Source of the DNA: Acidobacteriota bacterium
GTDB lineage: Bacteria > Acidobacteriota > Blastocatellia > Pyrinomonadales > Pyrinomonadaceae
DNA: 46,889 nucleotides
Reading direction: 5' to 3'
Assembly: GCA_031359515.1 (NCBI GenBank)
Contig: JANMAD010000486.1
Span: 1-46,889, forward strand
Part shown: piece after piece, positions 8,755 through 16,588 of the stretch
Numbering within the stretch: position 1 is the stretch's first letter
Layout of the letters: each line of letters starts with the position of its first letter
Translations under genes and position numbers: made by a program
The notes under the pieces: generated by a model
Told to the model about the DNA's origin: nothing
Database searches by the model: none
The model's input: only the letters and a program-made list of their open reading frames with translations

Positions 8755-11256
8755 TCAGTCGCCCCGCACCGACGTTGCGCCGGTCAACTCGAGCTCAGCC
8801 CGCCCCGCCGCCACAAGCGGGCGCGGCGGCCCGTCATTCAATCTTACGCGCCGCGCCCCGCCCAACGCGATGAATAAATCAGCGCCCGCGTCACTTTCAA
8901 CATACCACTCTTCGCCCACGCGCCGCGCGACGATACGGCTGACGCGCGCCGACGCACGCACAACCTCCTGCCCGTCCATCTGCAAGAAACTCCCGTCAAG
9001 CAAAATAAGCTCGACGGGCGCTGTCGCATCCACGCGCGCGAAACGTGCCCACGCCCAAGCGAAGTCCGTTGCGCAGCGCGCAAACTCGACCACATCGCCG
9101 TCTTTAATCGCCGCGCAGTCGCGCCAACCGTCCACTTCTAACTCGAACGCGCGCCCGCCCGTCGCTGCTATCGTACGCGCCCGCGTATGCCCCGATTGCG
9201 CGGCGCGTGGGATCAATAGTGTAACGAACTCCTGCGTGCCCACGCCTGTCGCCGAATATGTGCAGACCTGCGCGGGCGTGCGCGTCGCATAGCACGAAGA
9301 TACCCAGTCTCCCGCGCAATTCCAACTGCCCGCGCCACCAAAGGTGAGCACATCGCAACTTGGCTGTCCGGCGGGCGCGGTGCGCACTATCGTCCCCTCT
9401 TCATCAGTCGCAAGCGCAGGCTCCGCTCCCGGCGCGTAATGGAAATGGAGTTGATAGACGTGTGCGCCCGCCGTCGCCACGCGGTCGCGCACGATCCAGT
9501 AATCGCCCTTGAGGAAGAGCAAGCTGCGCGCGTGCGTTGCAGGCGACGCGAGCCGCGCGTAGCCGTCATGCTCGCCCGCGAAAAAATCGTAGCGCGGATA
9601 ACTTTCCCACTTGTGCGCAGTCGCCTGCGCAGTCTGTGTCCAACTGAAGGGGCCGGCCGGCACGGACGACGATTGCCCGTCAATGGTCAGCGTGTTATGC
9701 GCCGCGGTCGAACGAAAATGGTCGCGCAATTCCCGCGCACCGGTGTAAGTGTAAGTGCCGGGATCGACGAGCAGCGTGCGCCCGCGTGCTGCCACGTCAA
9801 ACGAAAGTACATCCGCGTGTGCGTGCGCGCCGAGGTCTCCGTGCGGCCCGCAGTCAAGCATCATGTAATTCGCAGCGCGCGTCCACCCATCGCGCATCAC
9901 GTAATAGCCGCCGTCCGTGAACGCGCGCGAACCTTGCGCCGGAGTTTTGGCCGCCAGTTCATAGAAGCGTTGGAGGCCGGTGCGCCCCGTAAGCCACAAG
10001 GTCTCTTCCGCCGCTTCACCCGCCACAAACTTGTAATCGCCGCGCCCGATGAGGGCCGCGCCCGTTGAGAGCGTCGCGCGAAAGTCATCGGCCGCGCCGT
10101 CGTCGAGCAGCGCGAGCCGCCCGCCGTCGTCGTCGCCGAAGAGCGGAGTAGTACCGTCCGGGCGCGTCGCATGCATCAGGAAGTCGAGCAGCGCGATCAG
10201 CTTGCTGCGCAGTTGTGGATCGGGCGGCGCGTCGTTAGCTTCAGAGAGGGCAGCCAAGTGCAGATAAAAGTCCGCGGTGTATCGTTGATAGTAAGTTGAC
10301 TGCTCGAAGTAAACACCGTCCGGTCTAATCTGCCGCTCAAGTTGTGCGCGCAGGATGCGCTCACCGGTTGCGCGCCAGCGTTGTCCCGCGCGGAATTCGG
10401 GGAACAGTGTGCCGACGTAATAGAGACCGAGTGCCTCGCCGGTCAGGTGCGTGTTCGGGCTGAAGTAGGTTGAGAGATAGGTTTCGAGATGGCGCGCGTG
10501 CAGGTAGATGAATTTCAAGAGCCGCGTGAAGAACTGCGGCGTGAGGTGCGGTGAATCCCGAAAGAAGTAGAGCGCCCAGAGCCATGAGATGAGCCGGAAT
10601 GAGACTTCCAGACTGCTCGCCCAGTTGATGCCAAGCTTCGGCGGGTTATGCTCCATCCAATCGCTTGCGTGCGCGACGAAGGTCGCGGCGAACTCTTCGT
10701 CGCCGGTGTACCAGTAAGCGCGCCCGAGCGTCTGAAAATATTGTTGCCGATTCAACTCCCACGTCACCTTTTTATCGCCGGCGGCTTCAGGATCGAGATA
10801 ATTGATGCGACTCCAGTGAGAGAGCGGCGCGCTTTTGCCTGCGACGGGTTCGAGTTGCCAGTTGATGGGCGAGCCGAAACTGAGATCGGTCAAGCCGAGC
10901 AGAGCGAACCGGCCGCTGACGATCTTGCGTGCGCGTGCGAGCAAGATGGTTTCGTTGCGGGGCGCGAAGCGTTGGCGCAGTTCCGCGCGCGTCGCGGCCG
11001 GCTCGGCGAACGCGGCGAAGAAGTGCGGCGCAGTGCGTGTGTGGAAGTGCGCGAGCAGAGTTTCGGCGGAGAGCGCGCCGCTGGGCATGCGTGCGGGGTT
11101 GAACCGGCGGAAGAATGCAGCGTCGGCAGGCACGCGCGTCAGCGGCGACAGCCCGCTGCGCTCAGCCAGCGCGGACGCCGCTTGCAGCCCGCGCACGCGC
11201 AGTTCCGCAAGGCTGCGCCCTTTCAACTTCCCCAGTTTTTTTAGTATAGCTGTCAT
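8755..11256 (-). CDS. Heparinase II/III-like protein (N-terminal alpha/alpha toroid plus C-terminal beta domain), no signal peptide seen
   Basis: WELNRQQYFQTLGRAYWYTGDEEFA and INWASSLEVSFRLISWLWALYFF (Hepar_II_III_N-like), then GDLGAHAHADVLSFDV (Hepar_II_III-like). The longest ORF starts at a TTG (11295) and overlaps the upstream gene. The ATG at 11256 gives MTAILKKLGKLKGRSLAELR, a typical N-terminus for this family. Confidence 0.7.
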   Translation of the reverse strand: MTAILKKLGKLKGRSLAELRVRGLQAASALAERSGLSPLTRVPADAAFFRRFNPARMPSGALSAETLLAHFHTRTAPHFFAAFAEPAATRAELRQRFAPRNETILLARARKIVSGRFALLGLTDLSFGSPINWQLEPVAGKSAPLSHWSRINYLDPEAAGDKKVTWELNRQQYFQTLGRAYWYTGDEEFAATFVAHASDWMEHNPPKLGINWASSLEVSFRLISWLWALYFFRDSPHLTPQFFTRLLKFIYLHARHLETYLSTYFSPNTHLTGEALGLYYVGTLFPEFRAGQRWRATGERILRAQLERQIRPDGVYFEQSTYYQRYTADFYLHLAALSEANDAPPDPQLRSKLIALLDFLMHATRPDGTTPLFGDDDGGRLALLDDGAADDFRATLSTGAALIGRGDYKFVAGEAAEETLWLTGRTGLQRFYELAAKTPAQGSRAFTDGGYYVMRDGWTRAANYMMLDCGPHGDLGAHAHADVLSFDVAARGRTLLVDPGTYTYTGARELRDHFRSTAAHNTLTIDGQSSSVPAGPFSWTQTAQATAHKWESYPRYDFFAGEHDGYARLASPATHARSLLFLKGDYWIVRDRVATAGAHVYQLHFHYAPGAEPALATDEEGTIVRTAPAGQPSCDVLTFGGAGSWNCAGDWVSSCYATRTPAQVCTYSATGVGTQEFVTLLIPRAAQSGHTRARTIAATGGRAFELEVDGWRDCAAIKDGDVVEFARCATDFAWAWARFARVDATAPVELILLDGSFLQMDGQEVVRASARVSRIVARRVGEEWYVESDAGADLFIALGGARRVRLNDGPPRPLVAAGRAELELTGATSVRGD

Positions 11257-11272
11257 CAACCGTGCTCTTCTC

Positions 11273-11935
11273 TTACACCGCTTCGACCCGTTCAACCTGC
11301 AATTCCTGCGGCGGCACAGACTCTCTTGCCAGCGCCGCGAGCGCCGCCTGCCGTGCGGGATCGTCCTCGCGATTCTGGTAGAAGATTAGATCAAACGATC
11401 CCTTGCGTGAGATGACGCGCGCCGGATTGCCGACGGCGACGCCGCGCGGCGGCACCGAGCGCGTGACGATTGCGCCCGCCCCGATCACTGCGTCATCGCC
11501 GACGACCACGGGGCCGATAATTACTGCGCCGGGGCCGATGTAGACGCGGTCGCCGATCACCGGCGATTCGACGAGCGTCTTAGTCCCGCCGCCGCCGTGC
11601 CCGATGGTGACGCCTTGCGTCAGCGTGCAATGGCGACCGATGCGCACGCCCGGCCCGACCACGATGTAGCCGGAATGCGGGATGAGGAGACCCGGCCCGA
11701 TCTCCGCGCCGGCCGGCAACTCGATCTGCGTCGCGACATCGAGCCAGACGTTGCCGACGACGATGAGGCGTTGCAACAGGAGGCGCGCAAACTTCGACAT
11801 GGGCGCGGTGTAAACCCAACGCGCGAAGCGGTGGCCGACAATCGCCCAGACACGCGGGTAGAAGAGCATGGCGCGCAGTTGTTCGCGCCCGCCCGCGCCA
11901 TAGCGGTTTAGGTCTTCGCGTATGTGCTCGAACAT
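11273..11935 (-). CDS. Left-handed beta-helix (hexapeptide repeat) O-acetyltransferase, serine-acetyltransferase-like
   Basis: 220 aa, ATG start. Hexapeptide run GVRIGRHCTLTQGVTIG ... IGDRVYIGPGAVIIGPVVVGDDAVIGAGAIVTRSVP. Confidence 0.75.
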   Translation of the reverse strand: MFEHIREDLNRYGAGGREQLRAMLFYPRVWAIVGHRFARWVYTAPMSKFARLLLQRLIVVGNVWLDVATQIELPAGAEIGPGLLIPHSGYIVVGPGVRIGRHCTLTQGVTIGHGGGGTKTLVESPVIGDRVYIGPGAVIIGPVVVGDDAVIGAGAIVTRSVPPRGVAVGNPARVISRKGSFDLIFYQNREDDPARQAALAALARESVPPQELQVERVEAV

Positions 11936-11986
11936 CAGAGCTTCGTTATCCCGTCGTTGATTGTGCTATCGCCCACAGTTTAAAAG

Positions 11987-13195
11987 TCAGTCCTTAACCG
12001 TCAGTGCGCGGGCCGCTTGTCTTGCCTCGCTTGTCTGCGTCGCCAGCGCGACCCGCGGTGCCGGTGTCCGCGCAAGCTCGCGATAAAGCGTCAACCACTC
12101 TTCGCGCACCGCCGCCCAACTGAACTTACGACATTCGGCGTGCGCGTTCGTTGTCAAACGTGTCGCCAACTCCTGATCCGCTAACAAGCCTAAAGCTGCT
12201 TGCGCCAACGCCGTGTGATCGTCGCAAGCAACCATCAAACCTGTCTCGCCGGCGCGGACGATGTAGGGGATGCCACCCGCGTCCGTCGTCACGACCGGCA
12301 GCCCGGCGGCGTAAGCCTCGATGATCGAGCCGGGCATGTTGTCTATGTTCGGGCTGTTCAAATAAATGTCCGCCGCGTCGTACCACTCGTGCATGCGCGC
12401 CTGCTCGATGCGCCCGACAAAGTCCACGTTGTGCAAGCGCAATTCGCGCGCGAGTTGTTCGAGCGCATTGCGCTGGCTGCCGTCGCCGACCACAACGAGA
12501 CGCGCGTCCGCATGCTGCGCTTGTATCAGCGCGAACGCGCGCAACGTGCAGGCGACGTTATAGAGCGGCTCGTGATTGCGGTTCGAGAGAAAGACGGGGC
12601 GCAATGGTCGCCGCGCACGAAAGCGGAAGCGCTCAGTCGCCACGAAGTTGAAGATCGAGCGCGCACTGATCCCGAAGCGCGCGAACACGTCCACGAGATA
12701 GCCGGACGGCGCAACCACGGCATCGGTCAAGCGAAACGTCGGCAGGGCCGTGCGCCGCCAGCGCGCGAGATGATCGGCGGCTTCGCCGCTGCGATAGTTG
12801 AGCAGCACCCTTTTGCCGAATAGTTTGCCGATTAAGATCGCAGGCGTCGGCGCAAGCACGAATGAGAAATAGGAGGCGGAAAAAATGTGTAGCACATCGC
12901 AGGCAGATACGCGCCGGAGCAAAGAAACGCAGTAAGCGATCTCGGTTAAGATCGTGCGGACGTATTTAATGTCTTGCAAGCGACCGAGCAGCCCCGGCAG
13001 ACGCGGGTTGATGGGCAGAAAATCTACAACCAAACCGGACTCGCGGCGCAACTCCGCGAGCAACCGCGCTGCCTGCACTGCCTGACCGCCCAGAATGCCA
13101 AGCGATGGCGCAACCATCAGCACACGCACCGGCCGCGCCGCGCCGTCGTGCGCCCGCGTGCTCATCGCTTCACTCTGTTGCTCTTGCGCCTGCAT
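11987..13195 (-). CDS. GT4-family glycosyltransferase
   Basis: 402 aa. VRVLMVAPSLGILGGQAVQA at the N-terminus; NSPNIDNMPGSIIEAYAAGLPVVTTDAGGIPYIVRAGETGLMV. Confidence 0.8.
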   Translation of the reverse strand: MQAQEQQSEAMSTRAHDGAARPVRVLMVAPSLGILGGQAVQAARLLAELRRESGLVVDFLPINPRLPGLLGRLQDIKYVRTILTEIAYCVSLLRRVSACDVLHIFSASYFSFVLAPTPAILIGKLFGKRVLLNYRSGEAADHLARWRRTALPTFRLTDAVVAPSGYLVDVFARFGISARSIFNFVATERFRFRARRPLRPVFLSNRNHEPLYNVACTLRAFALIQAQHADARLVVVGDGSQRNALEQLARELRLHNVDFVGRIEQARMHEWYDAADIYLNSPNIDNMPGSIIEAYAAGLPVVTTDAGGIPYIVRAGETGLMVACDDHTALAQAALGLLADQELATRLTTNAHAECRKFSWAAVREEWLTLYRELARTPAPRVALATQTSEARQAARALTVKD

Positions 13196-13266
13196 GCTCT
13201 CTCGTTGCGCTCGCTTAGTTAAATGCTAAATCAAACCACGAAAGATTGGGACAATGTGAAAAGCTA

Positions 13267-13338
13267 TCCACGAAACCACACGAACCAATACGAAGCAAAC
13301 CACACGACATTTCGTGTGTTTGCGTGTGCTTTTGTGGG
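13267..13338. repeat. Intergenic hairpin element built on about 10-nt CGAA-phased repeats (CACGAA/TTCGTG type)
   Basis: Three consecutive decamers start with CGAA at 13271, 13281 and 13291. Core stem CACACGA (13301-13307) pairs with TCGTGTG (13312-13318) over a 4-nt loop. It is extended by GCAAA (13295-13299) pairing with TTTGC (13319-13323) after a 1-nt bulge. Lies in the 212-nt gap between two GT4 genes. Confidence 0.6.
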
Positions 13339-13407
13339 TAAATCTTTTTCGCTCTTTGTGCCATGCCGCTGTGCTTCGATTTAGTGCCCGCCGGTCTGCT
13401 TCGCTAA

Positions 13408-14631
13408 CTACCCCGCTGACCTTACATCCGGCTTAACTGCCTTCCGTGCTTCGACGGCGACATCACTGACGCGCCGCTCAGTTTCATCTTGCCTTGCATT
13501 GAGCAACCGCCCGTACAACTGTTCCGTCCGCTCAAGCTGTGCCGCGCACGAGAACATTTGCTGCACGCGCTCGTGCCCGCGCCGGCCCATTGCCCGCGCG
13601 CGGTCAGGGTCTTGGAGGAACGCAATGATGTGCGCGGCCATGGCCGCGTCATCGCCGGGCGCGACGATGTAGCCGGTCTCGCCGTCGGCAACGGCCTCGC
13701 GTGCGCCGCCGATGTCAGTGGCCACGACAGGCCGCGCCGACGCCATGTACTCGATGATCGAATTCGAGAACCCCTCGACACCGCGCGAGCTAAGCACGCA
13801 CACGTCGGAGACGTTGAGCAACTCCGATACTTGCGCGCAACGCCCCGTGAAGAACGTGTCGCGCTCAAGGCCCAACTCGGCAGCGTAAGCGCGCGTCTGC
13901 GCTAACAGTTCGCCCTCGCCCGCGAGGACGAACGCGGCGTCCGGCACAACATCGCGCACGCGCTTGGCTGCACGCAAGAACGTCGCTTGATCTTTCAGCG
14001 CGTGGCGCATGTTGGCGACGATTGTGACGAACCGCCGCGCGCGATCTTGCGGCAACTGGAATAGCTCAAGCGCTTGTACGCGTGTGAGGCGTGCCTGCGG
14101 CGCAACGCGCGCCACGTCCATGCCGTTGTAGATCGTCACGACCTTGCGCGCCGGCACGCCCGCCGCGATCAACTCTTGCCGCACCGCTTCGGCGTTGGCC
14201 ACAATCGCGTGCGCGAATTTGTACGCGCGTCGCTCGACCCACGCTTGCGCCGCTGTCTTCGTGCCCGCAGTCTCGCGCCGCGCGCCGATACGCACGGGCA
14301 CGCGCGCGAGCGCGGCGGCTGTCAGGCCGAAGATGTTCGTGTAGAAATCGAAGGTCTGCACCACGTCGATCTTGTGTGCGCGCAGGTAGCGGGCGCAACG
14401 GCGCAGTTGCGCGAGCATGTTGCGGTCGTAGAAACTCGTGAGTGGGAAGGCGGGGATGTCATGGAAACCTAACGCCTCTACTTCGCCGCGCAGCACGCCG
14501 GTCGGTTTAAGACAAGCGAGGTGGACGCGATAACGACCGGACTCGTGCAGCAAGCGCGTCAGTTGCACGGCCTGCCGCTCGCTGCCGCCTTGATCGAAGC
14601 TGCCGGTGAAGATGAGTACGTTCGGTTTCAT
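13408..14631 (-). CDS. GT4-family glycosyltransferase
   Basis: The ATG at 14631 gives MKPNVLIFTGSFDQGGSERQ. Motif GVEGFSNSIIEYMASARPVVATDIGGAREAVADGETGYIV. The longer GTG-initiated ORF (to 14820) overlaps the AsnB gene and is Arg/Ser-rich junk. Confidence 0.8.
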   Translation of the reverse strand: MKPNVLIFTGSFDQGGSERQAVQLTRLLHESGRYRVHLACLKPTGVLRGEVEALGFHDIPAFPLTSFYDRNMLAQLRRCARYLRAHKIDVVQTFDFYTNIFGLTAAALARVPVRIGARRETAGTKTAAQAWVERRAYKFAHAIVANAEAVRQELIAAGVPARKVVTIYNGMDVARVAPQARLTRVQALELFQLPQDRARRFVTIVANMRHALKDQATFLRAAKRVRDVVPDAAFVLAGEGELLAQTRAYAAELGLERDTFFTGRCAQVSELLNVSDVCVLSSRGVEGFSNSIIEYMASARPVVATDIGGAREAVADGETGYIVAPGDDAAMAAHIIAFLQDPDRARAMGRRGHERVQQMFSCAAQLERTEQLYGRLLNARQDETERRVSDVAVEARKAVKPDVRSAG

Positions 14632-14647
14632 CGTCAAATTAAAACGC

Positions 14648-16579
14648 TCAGACCAATGCGCCATCAGCGTGGACGTGCGCCTGCGCGCTGGCCGCAGACG
14701 AAATTTCGGCTGCGCCGCTTGCTTCGGTTTGCTCGTGCCGCAGCCACGTTTCGAGCACGAAGATGTACCAGAGTTGATTCGGCACGAAGCCGCGCGCCGC
14801 CGTGCGCGCGAGCAGTTCACGCGCCGCGCCTGCGCGCAGCCAACCGCGTTGCTCGACCAATGAATCGGTCAACAACTCTTCGAGTCGCGCACGCCAACGC
14901 CCCGCCAGCCAACGCTGCACGGGCACGCCGAAGCCGCGTTTGCGCCCGCGCGCCACACGCTCGCCCAAGTGTCGCCGCGCCAACTCGCGCAGGATCGCTT
15001 TCAACTGCCCGCCGCGCAGACGCACGTCGTAAGGCAAGCGCGCGGCGTATTCCCACAATGCTTGATCGAGGAACGGCGAGCGCGCTTCAAGCGCATAGTG
15101 CATCGTCGCGCCGTCAACCTTCGGCAAGTATTCGCCGACGAAGCGCGTGCGGCGATCATATGCAAGGAAGTCTGTCAGCGCTTGCCGCGCCGAAGCGGGC
15201 GACAGAGGGATCAGGCGTTGCGCCACGGTCGCGTCACGCAAACGCTCGCCAAGCAAACCGTGTCGTTGATAGACGGGTAGGCCGTCGTGCGCGTTTGCGA
15301 TTGCGCCGAGTCCGCCGGTCGCGTAGTTGAGCAACGAAGCGGCGCGGCGCAAAGGGCCGACGCGCGGGAGGTGTCGCCCGTTGGCGAGCCACACACGCGC
15401 GCCGCTCGCGGGCAGGCGACGCGCGAGCCGTTGGGCTAAATAGAAATGTTTATGCTCCGGGTAGCCGAGAAACACGTCGTCGCCGCCGTCGCCCGTGAGC
15501 AGCACCGTCGCTTCGCCCGCAACGGCGCGCGAGACGCGCAACATGCCGAGCGCGGACGCGCAGGCGAACGGTTCAGCGTAAGCTGTGACCTGTTCCTCAA
15601 CCGACGGCGCATCATCGGCCGACAATTCAAGCACCCGATGCTTGATGCCGAGTGCGGCGGCTGTTGCGCGTGCGTCGTCGGTTTCATCCCACGCATCGCC
15701 GGGCGTGCCGATAGTGTACGCCGTCACGTCGCCGCCGAGTTGCGCAATCGCCCAGCAGACGAGGCTCGAATCCACGCCGCCGCTCAAAAGTGCGCCGACC
15801 GGCACGTCCGCAAACAGACGCGCTTCGACCGCACGCAGGAATAATCGTTCCGTCTCTTCAACCGCTTCAGCGAATGACGGCGTGGCAGTTTGTTCAATGA
15901 CGGGCGGAGTCCAGTACGTGCGCGTCTGTGCGCCGGTAGCGGCCGACCATTCGACGATTGCGCCGGCCGGCACTTTCGTCGCGCCCTGATAGATCACACG
16001 CTCGTCGGGCACGTAACCGAATTCGAGATAATCAACCACCGCCTGCTCATCGAGTTCGCCGACAAAATTGGCGCGACGGAGCGCACGCACGGTCGAAGCG
16101 AACGCGATCCGTTTGTCCGCGCCCAGCGCATAGATGAGCGGCTTGACGCCGAGCCGGTCGCGCACGAGGAAGAGTTTTTGCGCCTCCTCGTCCCACAGAC
16201 CGAAGGCGAACATCCCGCGCAGACGCGCGACCAATTCATCAATGCCCCACGCGCGATAACCTTGAATGAGAACTTCCGTGTCGGTCTGACTGTGAAAATT
16301 ATACCCGCGCGCGGCAAGCTCAGCGCGCAACTCGCGGAAGTTATAGATCGCGCCGTTGAAGGTCACGCCGATGCGCTGGTCGGCCGCGAGCATCGGCTGA
16401 CGGCCCGCCGCGCTCAGATCGAAAATCGCCAAGCGCCGATGACCGAGGACGCACGCGGGCCATGCCTCCAATCCTTCACCGTCGGGGCCGCGCCGCGCGA
16501 GCGCGCACGTCATCAGACCCACCGCGTCCTGCGCCGCGCGCTGATCGTCAAAGCCTGCGATACCTGCGATGCCGCACAT
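14648..16579 (-). CDS. AsnB-family glutamine-dependent amidotransferase, paralog 2 (most divergent)
   Basis: 643 aa. MCGIAGI, RGPDG, GAIYN, and PP-loop LSGGVDSSLVCWAI. Confidence 0.85.
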   Translation of the reverse strand: MCGIAGIAGFDDQRAAQDAVGLMTCALARRGPDGEGLEAWPACVLGHRRLAIFDLSAAGRQPMLAADQRIGVTFNGAIYNFRELRAELAARGYNFHSQTDTEVLIQGYRAWGIDELVARLRGMFAFGLWDEEAQKLFLVRDRLGVKPLIYALGADKRIAFASTVRALRRANFVGELDEQAVVDYLEFGYVPDERVIYQGATKVPAGAIVEWSAATGAQTRTYWTPPVIEQTATPSFAEAVEETERLFLRAVEARLFADVPVGALLSGGVDSSLVCWAIAQLGGDVTAYTIGTPGDAWDETDDARATAAALGIKHRVLELSADDAPSVEEQVTAYAEPFACASALGMLRVSRAVAGEATVLLTGDGGDDVFLGYPEHKHFYLAQRLARRLPASGARVWLANGRHLPRVGPLRRAASLLNYATGGLGAIANAHDGLPVYQRHGLLGERLRDATVAQRLIPLSPASARQALTDFLAYDRRTRFVGEYLPKVDGATMHYALEARSPFLDQALWEYAARLPYDVRLRGGQLKAILRELARRHLGERVARGRKRGFGVPVQRWLAGRWRARLEELLTDSLVEQRGWLRAGAARELLARTAARGFVPNQLWYIFVLETWLRHEQTEASGAAEISSAASAQAHVHADGALV

Positions 16580-16588
16580 AAGATCGTC

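Noticed and set aside
13408-14820. N-terminal extensions of longest ORFs that overlap the upstream gene: 13408-14820, 18552-20207, 22830-24092, 42127-44721, 8755-11295, 34063-35940 and 31198-32814.
   Set aside because: The extensions are Arg/Ser/Cys-rich or start at TTG/GTG inside the preceding gene. Internal ATGs placed 1-17 nt after the upstream stop give family-typical N-termini (signal peptide, GT4 start, Wzx start). The trimmed coordinates are used in the features.
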